DNA of 54,048 nucleotides from Minisyncoccota bacterium. GTDB taxonomy: Bacteria; Patescibacteriota; Minisyncoccia; Phycocordibacterales; Phycocordibacteraceae. The notes below the pieces were generated by a model. The model was not told the origin of the DNA. It did not search any database and worked only from the letters and a program-made list of their open reading frames with translations. This document shows positions 36,393-45,714 of this stretch, in pieces. Within the stretch, counting starts at the first letter, position 1, and each line of letters opens with the position of its first letter. The position numbers and the translations under genes were made by a program. The stretch is from assembly GCA_036517735.1 (NCBI GenBank), contig DATDUD010000020.1, positions 1 to 54,048 of the forward strand, in the 5' to 3' direction.

Positions 36393-37460
36393 ATGACCGT
36401 CCTTTCCTTCGAGGCAGCCCGCATACTCATTCCGTTCATTACGAGCTTCGCTGTGGGCATACTCCTCACTCCGGTTCTGACGCATTATTTGTATACGTAC
36501 AAGGTTTGGAAGAAGAAGCCAGGAAAGGAGACGCTTGAGGGAACGGTTGCTGAGAATTTCAACAAACTTCACCAGGCAAGGGAAGCGCACACTCCTCGCA
36601 TGGGAGGTATTGTCATCTGGGCATCGGTACTCATAACAGCATTGCTCTTTGCGCTTCTGGCATTTGTTGTCGACGGGTCGTTCACAAGGCTTAACTTTGT
36701 GAACAGGGGACAGACCTGGCTTCCGTTGTTTGCGCTCATCATGGGTGCCTTCGTTGGCTTCCTGAACGACCTGCTTGATGTGACAACTCCAGACTCGCGG
36801 GGAATATCGGTGAAGTGGAGGCTCCTGGCAGTGGTACTCGTCTCGGGCTTCATCGGCTGGTGGTTCTATGCAAAGCTCGGAGTCTCCGCGGTGGCTGTGC
36901 CGTTCCTTGGAACGCTTCCTCTGGGAGTCTTCTTCATACCGTTCTTCATACTGGTTGCGCTCGTGGTGTACGCGTCAGGAGTCATCGACGGCATCGACGG
37001 ACTCTCGGGAGGTATCTTCGCGATAATCTTCATGTCATACGCAGCCATCGCCTTTGCGCAGAACCAGGTTTCGCTTGCGGCCTTCTGCGCGACGGTCTCA
37101 GGCGCTACCTTTGCCTTCCTCTGGTTCAACATTCCTCCCGCGCGCTTCTGGATGACGGAAACGGGCTCCATGGCTCTAACTCTCACGCTCACCGTCGTCG
37201 CCTTCACAGCAGATGTGCTTGGGGAAGGAGTAGGCATTGCGGTCCTTCCGATAATCGCACTGCCACTGTTTGCGACTGTCGCGTCAGTGGTGCTCCAGCA
37301 GTTCTGGAAGAAGGTATTCAAGAAGAAGCTTTTCCATATTGCTCCGCTTCATCATCACTTCGAGGTCATTGGATGGCCGTCGTACAAGGTAACGATGCGG
37401 TACTGGGTTATTACGATCATCGCGGGCATGTTCGGGGTGGCGATTGCGCTGCTGAAATAG
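36393..37460 (+). CDS. mraY: phospho-N-acetylmuramoyl-pentapeptide transferase
   Basis: NDLLD, DGIDGL and APLHHHFE motifs. Polytopic membrane protein. Confidence 0.95.
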   Translation: MTVLSFEAARILIPFITSFAVGILLTPVLTHYLYTYKVWKKKPGKETLEGTVAENFNKLHQAREAHTPRMGGIVIWASVLITALLFALLAFVVDGSFTRLNFVNRGQTWLPLFALIMGAFVGFLNDLLDVTTPDSRGISVKWRLLAVVLVSGFIGWWFYAKLGVSAVAVPFLGTLPLGVFFIPFFILVALVVYASGVIDGIDGLSGGIFAIIFMSYAAIAFAQNQVSLAAFCATVSGATFAFLWFNIPPARFWMTETGSMALTLTLTVVAFTADVLGEGVGIAVLPIIALPLFATVASVVLQQFWKKVFKKKLFHIAPLHHHFEVIGWPSYKVTMRYWVITIIAGMFGVAIALLK

Positions 37461-37498
37461 TGAACAAGTCTTCTTAAGACTGCTGCTATATTTATGTT

Positions 37499-38596
37499 AT
37501 GAAAGCCTCCGGCGACCGCGTCTTCTCTATTATCGTGCTCATCCTGGTCGTCCTGGGCTTTGCGCTATTCTCCTCCGCTGCCTTGGGACTTCTCGCGCAG
37601 GTCGATGCTTCTCCCTGGAAGCTTCTTTTGACCCAATTCTCGCTTGGTCTTATTCCAGGCTTCCTAGCCCTCCTCTTCTTTCGCTTCTTGCCGCAGAAGA
37701 AGCTCCTTTCCCTTGTCCTGCCTTTCTATATAGGATCAATACTGCTTTCACTACTCGTATTCACGCCACTTGGCATCGAGCTTAACGGGGCAAGAAGGTG
37801 GATAGATCTTGGGTTCACGACCCTTCAGCCGGCAGAGTTCTTGAAGATTGGAGTGGTACTCATGCTTGCCGCTTTCCTGGCTAAAGCAGGGAACCGCATC
37901 CGAGATATTAAAGAAGGCCTTCTCCCGTTTTGTCTTATTGTCGGCCTTCCGAGCATCATCCTGCTTGAGCAGCCCAACACTTCCACCATGATCATCATCG
38001 GTCTTGCATGCGCGGCTATGTACTTCCTTGCAGGAGCTCCTTGGCGGGACTTCCTCATTCTTGGGGGAGTATCGATCATCGTCCTCACTGTTCTCATCTT
38101 TACGCGCTCATACCTCATGGAACGTGTGAAGACGTTCATTGATCCGTCCAGAGCACCTCAGTCAGCTGGATACCACATTCAGCAGTCTCTTATTGCCATC
38201 GGATCAGGAGGGTTGACGGGCAGAGGCTTCGGGCAGAGTGTTCAGAAGTTCAACTATCTCCCTGAGGCCCAGTCAGACTCGGTGTTTGCTGTGTACGGGG
38301 AGGAGTTCGGCTTCATGGGCACCGTCCTTCTGGTTGCACTCTTTGCGGCCTTCGCTCTCCGAGGCCTCATGATCGCAAGTGGTGCCTCTTCCATGTTCGG
38401 GCTCCTAGCCGCCTCAGGTCTCACGCTCCTGATCACATTCTCGGCGTTTCTAAATATCGGAGCGTTGTTGGGCATAGCGCCTTTGACAGGGCTTCCACTG
38501 CCATTCATTAGCCATGGAGGCACGGCGCTCATGGCTGCGCTTCTATCGGTTGGTATCATTTTGAATATCGCTGCGCATAGGAAGAAAAAATCATAG
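37499..38596 (+). CDS. ftsW: SEDS family peptidoglycan glycosyltransferase FtsW/RodA
   Basis: About 10 TM helices. RWIDLG..LQPAEFLK, QSLIAIGSGG..G.G, LPE..SDSVF, PFISHGG motifs. Confidence 0.9.
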   Translation: MKASGDRVFSIIVLILVVLGFALFSSAALGLLAQVDASPWKLLLTQFSLGLIPGFLALLFFRFLPQKKLLSLVLPFYIGSILLSLLVFTPLGIELNGARRWIDLGFTTLQPAEFLKIGVVLMLAAFLAKAGNRIRDIKEGLLPFCLIVGLPSIILLEQPNTSTMIIIGLACAAMYFLAGAPWRDFLILGGVSIIVLTVLIFTRSYLMERVKTFIDPSRAPQSAGYHIQQSLIAIGSGGLTGRGFGQSVQKFNYLPEAQSDSVFAVYGEEFGFMGTVLLVALFAAFALRGLMIASGASSMFGLLAASGLTLLITFSAFLNIGALLGIAPLTGLPLPFISHGGTALMAALLSVGIILNIAAHRKKKS

Positions 38597-38598
38597 AT

Positions 38599-39030
38599 AT
38601 GAAGGAAGGAGTCGATTACACCGGTATTTCTGTCGTCTTTGCGTGCCACGACGGGAAAGGCAACTATCTCCATGCGAAGCGCGGCTCAAACTGCAGGGAT
38701 GAGCAGGGAACCTGGGATATCGGGGGAGGAGGGATCGATGTGCACGATACGGTCGAGGGAACTCTTAGAAAGGAGATCCGGGAAGAGTACTGTACTGAGG
38801 TCCTGGAATATGAGTTCTTGGGCTACCGCGACGTACACCGAGAACATGGCGGAGAAAAGACCCATTGGATTGCACTTGATTTCAAGGTACTCATCGACCC
38901 TTCAACCGTCCAGAACGGGGAGCCCCACAAAATGGACAAGATCGCCTGGTTCAGACTCGATCAACTTCCCGAACCCCTCCACTCGCAATATCCTTATTTC
39001 CTCGAGAAGCATAAGGACAGTCTCCTATAA
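38599..39030 (+). CDS. NUDIX hydrolase
   Basis: Nudix box GGGIDVHDTVEGTLRKEIREEYCTEV. Confidence 0.85.
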   Translation: MKEGVDYTGISVVFACHDGKGNYLHAKRGSNCRDEQGTWDIGGGGIDVHDTVEGTLRKEIREEYCTEVLEYEFLGYRDVHREHGGEKTHWIALDFKVLIDPSTVQNGEPHKMDKIAWFRLDQLPEPLHSQYPYFLEKHKDSLL

Positions 39031-39087
39031 GAGAAGCCGTCCGATGCAGGCGCTTGCAAGGCGTACAGATAGGTGTACAATAGAACC

Positions 39088-39360
39088 ATGACAGCCAAAA
39101 GATTTCCCAAGGTGCTGAAGTCGGTTGGAGTAAGCGATTTTCGCGCAGAACTTTCGCACCACCTCGCCAGAGCGAAGCGCCAGCCTCTCGTTATATCCGA
39201 AAGACGTGGAAATGAGACGTATGTAGTGCTTTCAGCCGATGACTACAATGTCCTAGTCGAGGCTCGCGAAGACGCTATCGATGCCCGCGAACTTACCCGT
39301 CTTGTTGAGAAGAACCAAAAGGCGAAATTTACATCCTGGAAGTCCGTGCGTTCCCACTAG
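39088..39360 (+). CDS. Phd/YefM-type antitoxin
   Basis: VSDFRAELSHHLARAKRQPLVISERRGNETYVVLSADDY is a typical Phd/YefM N-terminus. ATG lies 6 nt after TACAAT. Lies directly upstream of a RelE/ParE toxin gene. Confidence 0.75.
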   Translation: MTAKRFPKVLKSVGVSDFRAELSHHLARAKRQPLVISERRGNETYVVLSADDYNVLVEAREDAIDARELTRLVEKNQKAKFTSWKSVRSH

Positions 39361-39369
39361 CTTGCGCAC

Positions 39370-39630
39370 ATGTTTCGCATTGGATTTGCGCCATCGGCGA
39401 GCAAGGAGTTCAAACGGTTGCCAAAGGCCGCAAAGACATCCATAGCCGCCCTGTTGGATGGCCCCTTTAGCCAGGATCCGTATTCGCGCGCGCTTCCAAC
39501 AAAGAAACTCCGTACGCCTTTCCCAGGATACCGTCTTCGTTGTGGTGAGTACCGCATTCTCTATACGATCGAGGATACGTATATCAAAGTCTATTCCGTC
39601 CGGCACCGAAAGGATGCATACCGCCAATAA
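39370..39630 (+). CDS. RelE/ParE-family toxin
   Basis: FAPSASKEFKRLPK...YRLRCGEYRILYTIEDTYIKVYSVRHRKDAY matches the RelE/StbE fold signature. Confidence 0.85.
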   Translation: MFRIGFAPSASKEFKRLPKAAKTSIAALLDGPFSQDPYSRALPTKKLRTPFPGYRLRCGEYRILYTIEDTYIKVYSVRHRKDAYRQ

Positions 39631-39676
39631 AGCCTGAAAACAAAGGGCGATTGGCGTGGTATAGTTTCGCTATCAT

Positions 39677-40819
39677 ATGAAAATCGTTTTCACTGGCGGC
39701 AGCACCGGAGGCCATTTCTATCCCCACATCGCCGTAGCTGAGGCAATACGCAGGATAGTCGCGGAGAACCGCCTCATCGAACCGCAGTTGTACTTCCTCG
39801 CACCCGAACCATTCGACGAGGAATCCCTTTTCTCCAACAACATCGCCTTCATCCGGATACCCGCAGGGAAGTTGCGTCGGTACTTCAGCCTAGCCAACCT
39901 GATAAGTCCTTTCATTACGTTCTGGGGAACAGTGCGGGCCTTTTTAGTACTTTTTAATCTTTTTCCGGACGTCATCTTCTCCCGCGGAAGTTATGGAAGC
40001 GTTCCCGTCGTTCTTGCGGCGCGCATTCTCGGTATACCGATAATTGTGCATGAGTCGGACTCAAAACCAAGCCGTGCCGTGCTTTTTGCTGCAAAGTTCG
40101 CAAAGCGCATAGCCGTATCCTTCGAGAGCTCAATTCCATACTTTCCGAAGAAAGTGCAGGGCAAGATTGCCTTGACCGGCATACCAGTTCGGGAGGCCTT
40201 CACGCAGCCCCTTCCTGAGGGAGCAGTTCAGGAACTGGGACTTGATCCAAGTCTTCCAACTGTTCTTATCATCGGAGGGTCATTGGGATCGAAACGAATC
40301 AACGAGATAGTGTTGAGCGGTTTGCCCGACATTCTCTCCTTCGCAAACGTCATCCACCAGACGGGGAAAGATAACTTCGGCGAGGTATCGAGTCGAAGCG
40401 GCGTGATCTTGAAAAGCACTCAGGGAGCAGGAAAGTACAGCGCCTTCCCATACCTGACGCTCGAGTCCTTAAGGAGGGCGGCAGGAGCGGCTAATGTTGT
40501 GGTCTCTAGAGCAGGCTCAACCGCCATAAGCGAGATCGCGCTTTGGAAGAAGCCGGCAATACTCGTTCCCATACCGGAATCCATTAGCCACGATCAGAGA
40601 ACAAACGCATACGCATACGCCCGTACGGGTGCTGCAGTCGTACTTGAGGAGGAGAACATGACTCCGCACATTCTTGCCTCGGAAATAAAGAGGATCTCAA
40701 ATCCTGCGGTCGCAGGCGCTATGAGCAAAGCTGCTGAAGGATTCGCAAACCCCAATGCGGGGCGCCTCATAGCAGAGGAGCTGCTGCGCATAGCGCTTTC
40801 GCACCAGCAGCCGAAATAA
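39677..40819 (+). CDS. murG: undecaprenyldiphospho-muramoylpentapeptide beta-N-acetylglucosaminyltransferase
   Basis: FTGGSTGGHFYP N-terminus, HESDS, the C-terminal SRAGSTAISE G-loop, and dcw-type context. Confidence 0.93.
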   Translation: MKIVFTGGSTGGHFYPHIAVAEAIRRIVAENRLIEPQLYFLAPEPFDEESLFSNNIAFIRIPAGKLRRYFSLANLISPFITFWGTVRAFLVLFNLFPDVIFSRGSYGSVPVVLAARILGIPIIVHESDSKPSRAVLFAAKFAKRIAVSFESSIPYFPKKVQGKIALTGIPVREAFTQPLPEGAVQELGLDPSLPTVLIIGGSLGSKRINEIVLSGLPDILSFANVIHQTGKDNFGEVSSRSGVILKSTQGAGKYSAFPYLTLESLRRAAGAANVVVSRAGSTAISEIALWKKPAILVPIPESISHDQRTNAYAYARTGAAVVLEEENMTPHILASEIKRISNPAVAGAMSKAAEGFANPNAGRLIAEELLRIALSHQQPK

Positions 40820-40820
40820 T

Positions 40821-42242
40821 ATGGTACGTACCCGCTTCGCCCCAAGTCCCACAGGATTTATGCACGTCGGGAACGTGCGTACCGGTCTGTATGCTTGGCT
40901 TTTTGCGCGCAAGCATGGAGGCTCCTTCGTCCTGCGCATCGAAGACACTGATAAGGAGCGGGAAGTGGAGGGAGCAGTTGGGCATATCATGGAATGCCTG
41001 AAATGGCTCGGCATCGAGTGGGACGAGAGTATTGATAGTGGAGGACCGTATGAGCCGTATATACAGTCGGAGCGCCTTCCTATATATCGCAAGTATGCAA
41101 AACAGCTCCTTGAAGCAGGATTCGCGTACCCTGATCCATACACAGAGACCGATGTCGATGAGTTCCGGAAGCAGGCGGAAAGTGAGAAGCGTCCGTTCCT
41201 TTTCCGCGAGTATCGCCCCGACCTCATTCAGGAGTGGAACGGAAAATCTCCGCTTCGCTTCAAGACACCGATCATAAAGCGGTATGAGTGGGAGGATGCC
41301 GTCCTGGGAAAACTTTCCGCAGGAGAGGAGGCGCTCGACGACTTCATTCTTCTTAAGGGGGACGGGTATCCAACATACAACTTCGCGCACGTGGTCGACG
41401 ACATTGAGATGAAGATCACGCACGTGATGCGTGGACAAGAATTTGTTTCATCAACACCGAAATTCCTTTCGCTATACGATGCACTTGATCAAAGACCTCC
41501 TATCTTTGCGACTCTGCCACCCATACTCGGCGAAGGAGGCAACAAGAAGCTTTCGAAGCGAGACAATGCAAAGGACATACTTGAGTACCGAAAAGAAGGG
41601 TACTTGCCCGAGGCAATGGTGAACTTCCTCGCGCTTTTGGGCTGGCATCCTTCTGGAAATAAAGAGGTGTTGACTATCGAAGAACTTATCCGGGAGTTCG
41701 AGCTTGAACGCGTGCAAAAGGGAGGCGCTCAATTCGACGAAGAGAAGCTTCGCCATCTGAACCGTGAGCACATGCGCATGCTCTCAGATACCTCTTTTAT
41801 GAAAGCGGTCGGCATCTCGGGAAAGGACCCGCGGCTTCTGCGCACCATACCTGTGCTCCGAGAGCGCGCGTATACCCTTAGAGAGGCACAGGAGATGCTC
41901 GATGGGGAACTAGGAGGGCTTTTCGGATCCTTGAATCTTGATGCGGGCCAGCTCACGGCCAAGGGGAGCAAGGCCGGCACAATAGATCATCTGGAGGCTT
42001 TTAAAGGGCTTCTTGAGTCACTTCATGAAGATATTGAGGCTGAGGAGGCCAAGACAGCTCTCATGCCGTATGCCGATTCGATACCCAAGGAGGAGGGTGG
42101 TAGGGGGGCTGCCCTTTGGACTTTAAGGTACGCCCTCTTGGGGCAGGAACGTTCTCCGGACCCCTTCACGCTCATCCATATTCTCGGTCGTGATGAAAGC
42201 TTGACCCGCCTTCAATCGTCTCTTGATATACTGAGCATATGA
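40821..42242 (+). CDS. gltX: glutamate--tRNA ligase
   Basis: RTRFAPSPTGFMHVGNVRT, RIEDTD, KLSKR. Confidence 0.95.
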   Translation: MVRTRFAPSPTGFMHVGNVRTGLYAWLFARKHGGSFVLRIEDTDKEREVEGAVGHIMECLKWLGIEWDESIDSGGPYEPYIQSERLPIYRKYAKQLLEAGFAYPDPYTETDVDEFRKQAESEKRPFLFREYRPDLIQEWNGKSPLRFKTPIIKRYEWEDAVLGKLSAGEEALDDFILLKGDGYPTYNFAHVVDDIEMKITHVMRGQEFVSSTPKFLSLYDALDQRPPIFATLPPILGEGGNKKLSKRDNAKDILEYRKEGYLPEAMVNFLALLGWHPSGNKEVLTIEELIREFELERVQKGGAQFDEEKLRHLNREHMRMLSDTSFMKAVGISGKDPRLLRTIPVLRERAYTLREAQEMLDGELGGLFGSLNLDAGQLTAKGSKAGTIDHLEAFKGLLESLHEDIEAEEAKTALMPYADSIPKEEGGRGAALWTLRYALLGQERSPDPFTLIHILGRDESLTRLQSSLDILSI

Positions 42243-43597
42243 GTTTGCGGCCCTACGCGAGTCTTGGAATTCTTTTGTTTTCACTTCTTGCCTTTTCAAT
42301 ACTCCTCACAAACCTCTTTCCGCATGCGCTCTACGCACAGTCCATTTCTGATATTCGATCGCAGATCGATGTTCATAATGAACAGATAAAGAAACTTGAG
42401 GAAGAGATAGCCATATATCAAAAAGAGTTGAACGTCATTAGCGGACAAAAGCAGACGTACGAGTCTGCTATCAAGACCATAGACATATCAAGACAAAAGA
42501 TTCTTGCGCAGATATCTCTCACTCAGAAGGAAATCACTTCGACCAACCTGAAACTGGACGAGCTTGCGCTCAAGATCACCAACAAATCGGAAGCTATCTC
42601 ACTTGACCAAAAAGCTGTCGCACAATCTATCAGGAAGCTCTACCGGGAAGAAGACGCAAGCCTTGTTGAGAGAGTCTTCGCCGCAGACACGCTCGCGGAC
42701 AGTTGGACCATGGCTGACCAGCTGTCCGAAGTTTCAAGCGCACTTCGTGAGAACGCCGAAGGACTTGCAAGCGATCGTATTGTCCTTACCGACCAGCAGA
42801 CTGCAGTTGCTGCTACGAAGGCCGAACTCTCGAAGCTGCGTCGCCAGCTTGCAGCGCAGCAGGGGGAGCTTGATGCAAACCGCCGCGAGAAGCAGCGACT
42901 CCTCAACCAGGCGAATCAGACTGCTGCGACGTATGAGTCGATCATTACAGAAAAGCGTGCACAGCAGCGTGCCTTTGAGCAAGCTCTCTCAGCACTTGAG
43001 GATAGCCTCAACGTTGTAGTGGACTCTACAACCATTCCAAGCGTCGGCTCTGGAGTTCTTGCATGGCCATACTCCTCCACCTTTGCACAAGGATGCATCT
43101 CTAAATCAGGCGCGCTCGGCAACCGTTTCTGCATCACACAGTACTTTGGTACCACGCCGTTCTCAACAGCAAACCCGCAGGTATATAACGGATCGGGACA
43201 TAACGGCATCGACATCGGGATGCCCTCAGGTACATCAGTCCTTGCCGCGCTTTCAGGAACTATTACGGGAATAGGGAATACTGACGCCATTCCCGGCTGC
43301 TATTCCTTTGGGAAGTGGGTGCTCATTAAACATGCAAATGGTATCTCAACGCTGTATGCGCACCTTTCAAGCGTGAATGTGTCGGCAGGGCAATCGGTCT
43401 CGACCGGCTCGGTCATTGGATACTCAGGCATGACCGGATACGCAACGGGTCCGCACCTTCACTTTGCTACGTACGCCTCACAGGGAGTCCAGATCATGAC
43501 GCTCGGTCAGTACCGGGGCGCAACGACTCCGTGCGCGAATGCGCGAATGCCAGTTGCTCCGAAGGAGGCTTACCTGAATCCGATGTCGTATCTCTAG
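42239..43597 (+). CDS. M23 family peptidase with N-terminal coiled coil (EnvC-like)
   Basis: Signal/TM segment, a long heptad-rich region, and a C-terminal LytM domain (HNGIDIG, GYATGPHLHF). Confidence 0.88.
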   Translation: MSLRPYASLGILLFSLLAFSILLTNLFPHALYAQSISDIRSQIDVHNEQIKKLEEEIAIYQKELNVISGQKQTYESAIKTIDISRQKILAQISLTQKEITSTNLKLDELALKITNKSEAISLDQKAVAQSIRKLYREEDASLVERVFAADTLADSWTMADQLSEVSSALRENAEGLASDRIVLTDQQTAVAATKAELSKLRRQLAAQQGELDANRREKQRLLNQANQTAATYESIITEKRAQQRAFEQALSALEDSLNVVVDSTTIPSVGSGVLAWPYSSTFAQGCISKSGALGNRFCITQYFGTTPFSTANPQVYNGSGHNGIDIGMPSGTSVLAALSGTITGIGNTDAIPGCYSFGKWVLIKHANGISTLYAHLSSVNVSAGQSVSTGSVIGYSGMTGYATGPHLHFATYASQGVQIMTLGQYRGATTPCANARMPVAPKEAYLNPMSYL

Positions 43598-43606
43598 AGA
43601 AATAGG

Positions 43607-43876
43607 TTACTCCACAACCCTGTAGGTCCTTTTGACAACGGAAACTTTATCGTCTATCGGCACCCTAATAGGACCGCCTCTGCTAAGAATGAGCATCACC
43701 TCATCGTTCATGCGAACCTTCCTTAGAATATTAATTCTCTCGCCGTTCTCAGCGACATAACAATATTTAGAGGGCTCTACTTCGTCTGCTCGCACTTTCT
43801 CTGCTTCTTCTGTCGTGCTAACAAGTCCCTCACGAGGGTGCGGCTTCTGAAACCGTTTTAGACTATCGAAATTCAT
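43607..43876 (-). CDS. hypothetical protein (89 aa)
   Basis: ATG 43876 lies 6 nt after TATACT on the minus strand. No family recognised. Confidence 0.6.
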   Translation of the reverse strand: MNFDSLKRFQKPHPREGLVSTTEEAEKVRADEVEPSKYCYVAENGERINILRKVRMNDEVMLILSRGGPIRVPIDDKVSVVKRTYRVVE

Positions 43877-43912
43877 AGGCTAAGTATATCGCACGCTCGA
43901 GACAAATTCGAT

Positions 43913-44566
43913 CTAACCCTCATATAACTTCCAAAAAACAAGACATGCAAACGATCGATGCGGAGACCATCCCTCAGCTATACGTGAGAGTTCAATCCGG
44001 GGAGTGTTTTTAGGAAGCCCATAGAGACGCTCCGTAGCGCGGGCAAGGGCCAGATCCCCAGGAGAGAATATATCTCTGTTGCCGAGCGCAAAGATAAGAA
44101 ACATCTCGACTGTCCAGGGACCGATTCCCCAAATTTGTGTCAGTCTAGCAGCAGCCTCTTTATATGTGAGGGTGCGGAGGGAAAGGAGATTGAGCTTTTC
44201 CTTTAAAACTGCATTTGTTAAAGACTTTAGGGTCTTCACCTTGGCAGCCGACAATCCAGCTTTGCGGAGTTTAGGAGAAGAAGTTGTTGCAATAGTCCGT
44301 GCTGTAACCTTGCCTCCGCAGGCGGTTTTCACACGCTCCCATATGGTGTCTGCAGCGCGCATGGAGAGCTGCTGGCCAACAACACTTGCAGCAAGCGCTG
44401 CAAAGAGCTGGTCGTTCCTCTTTTTAGGATCAGGACGCATGGCGTACTTGCCTCGAAAGGGGAGGGCAGCTTTATGGAGCACCGGATCGGCTTTCTTGAA
44501 ATGTGCATACGCCTCACGTTCGTATGCAGAGAATGCATCATCCTGCTTCTGTGGTTTCCTCCTCAT
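43913..44566 (-). CDS. HhH-GPD DNA glycosylase (3-methyladenine glycosylase II / AlkA-like)
   Basis: HhH-GPD signature LTQIWGIGPWTVEMFLIFALGNRDIFSPGDLAL. ORF 43913..44668 trimmed to ATG 44566, 7 nt after TATACT on the minus strand. Confidence 0.85.
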   Translation of the reverse strand: MRRKPQKQDDAFSAYEREAYAHFKKADPVLHKAALPFRGKYAMRPDPKKRNDQLFAALAASVVGQQLSMRAADTIWERVKTACGGKVTARTIATTSSPKLRKAGLSAAKVKTLKSLTNAVLKEKLNLLSLRTLTYKEAAARLTQIWGIGPWTVEMFLIFALGNRDIFSPGDLALARATERLYGLPKNTPRIELSRIAEGWSPHRSFACLVFWKLYEG

Positions 44567-44573
44567 CGCGGGC

Positions 44574-44583
44574 AGTATATACT
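44574..44583. promoter_or_regulatory. perfectly palindromic bidirectional -10 element AGTATATACT
   Basis: It reads TATACT on both strands. It lies 7 nt from ATG 44566 (minus) and 8 nt from ATG 44592 (plus). Confidence 0.5.
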
Positions 44584-44591
44584 TTACCCAT

Positions 44592-44804
44592 ATGCTTCGC
44601 ATCATCTTCTGGGCTGTCGTAGCGATCCTCTTCCTATCCTTCTTCGGCGTCTCTGTACAAGGACTCATTGAGAACCCTACGACTCAAACAAACTTTCATT
44701 TCATCCTCGACCTCGTAGCGGAAGGCTGGAACACCATCTGGAATGCGGTCAGCGGACTCGTGCTCGGGGTCATAGACCTCATAGTAGGTATCATTCCTGG
44801 CTAG
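44592..44804 (+). CDS. small membrane protein (70 aa)
   Basis: In-frame ATG within ORF 44079..44804. MLRIIFWAVVAILFLSFFGVSV... with a second hydrophobic segment at the C-terminus. Confidence 0.55.
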   Translation: MLRIIFWAVVAILFLSFFGVSVQGLIENPTTQTNFHFILDLVAEGWNTIWNAVSGLVLGVIDLIVGIIPG

Positions 44805-44806
44805 AT

Positions 44807-45067
44807 ATGGCGGAGAAGAAACAGATAGCGATATCCATACCGCAGGAGGCAAAACCGACCTTCAGCAATGCCACGCAGGTGACGGTATCAGACGATTCAG
44901 TTGTCATTCAGTTTGCATACGTGCGCCCTGAGACCACGAATGGCCAGCTTATTGCAGAGATCGTGCTTTCCCCGAAGCACGCCATTGATTTTAGCCGCGC
45001 ACTTGATGCCACTATTAAAAAACACTTTACCAGACATCTTGATTCTTTAAGTGGGGGAGGGGAGTAA
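44807..45067 (+). CDS. DUF3467-like small protein
   Basis: FSNATQVTVSDDSVVIQFAYVRP......AEIVLSPKHAIDFSRALDATIKKH resembles the DUF3467 pattern as I recall it. Confidence 0.7.
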   Translation: MAEKKQIAISIPQEAKPTFSNATQVTVSDDSVVIQFAYVRPETTNGQLIAEIVLSPKHAIDFSRALDATIKKHFTRHLDSLSGGGE

Positions 45068-45110
45068 GGGACACGGGTACATTATATTTAGCCTGCGCTA
45101 TATTCGACGG

Positions 45111-45293
45111 ATGTTTATCCCAGCGAAAAGCTCGCAAAGCAGGTCGTATGGGAGTTTTGAAGCCGTAACTACAGGCACTTCGGAAAACAATTTCGGTATT
45201 CCTGTAAGCATAATTGAGAAGGTAAAACTCACCGATATTGTGGCCTTTTCACGCCCTGGAAAGGGGTGTAATGGGAAGCTCAGCCGTTCATGA
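45111..45293 (+). CDS. possible small protein (60 aa)
   Basis: ATG 45111 lies 6 nt after TATATT. No family recognised. Weak call. Confidence 0.25.
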   Translation: MFIPAKSSQSRSYGSFEAVTTGTSENNFGIPVSIIEKVKLTDIVAFSRPGKGCNGKLSRS

Positions 45294-45369
45294 AAGATTC
45301 ATCCCCTTCCTCATATGATTGCGGATGAGGATAGCCGCTGGCATCCTAGAAACTAACTAACGATTGACT

Positions 45370-45606
45370 ATGAAAAAGTATCTTCTTGGAACGCTCGCCC
45401 TGGCGGCACTAGTCGCTTTTCCTGCAGCTTCATTTGCTGCAATGTACGCCTATGTAAACCAGGACGGGGAAGTTCGCACCGTTGAGGCCGCAAACGCAAA
45501 CACCTCGATCATGACCGCACCCGCGATCGATGAGCACAGTGGAGTGCTTTTGCTTGACAGCGCCGCTGACGAAGATATTGTCGGTGACAGTGTCGGGGGC
45601 GTGTAA
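45370..45606 (+). CDS. small secreted protein (78 aa)
   Basis: Signal peptide MKKYLLGTLALAALVAFPAASFA. Followed by a strong terminator. Confidence 0.65.
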   Translation: MKKYLLGTLALAALVAFPAASFAAMYAYVNQDGEVRTVEAANANTSIMTAPAIDEHSGVLLLDSAADEDIVGDSVGGV

Positions 45607-45630
45607 TTCCAAATCACTGCAACAAAAAAC

Positions 45631-45664
45631 AAAGTACGCCCGCAAATGCGGGCGTACTTTGTAC
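45631..45664 (+). terminator. rho-independent terminator
   Basis: 13-bp stem AAAGTACGCCCGC-AAAT-GCGGGCGTACTTT. Confidence 0.75.
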
Positions 45665-45714
45665 GTTTATACTGCTCAGCTTTTCTTTAAAACAAGTGCA
45701 CGTATACTTTCTGC

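Noticed and set aside
36815-37477. 220-aa plus-strand ORF in an alternative frame inside mraY.
   Set aside because: It is Arg/Gly/His-rich and nonsense-like, and it fully overlaps the well-supported MraY frame.
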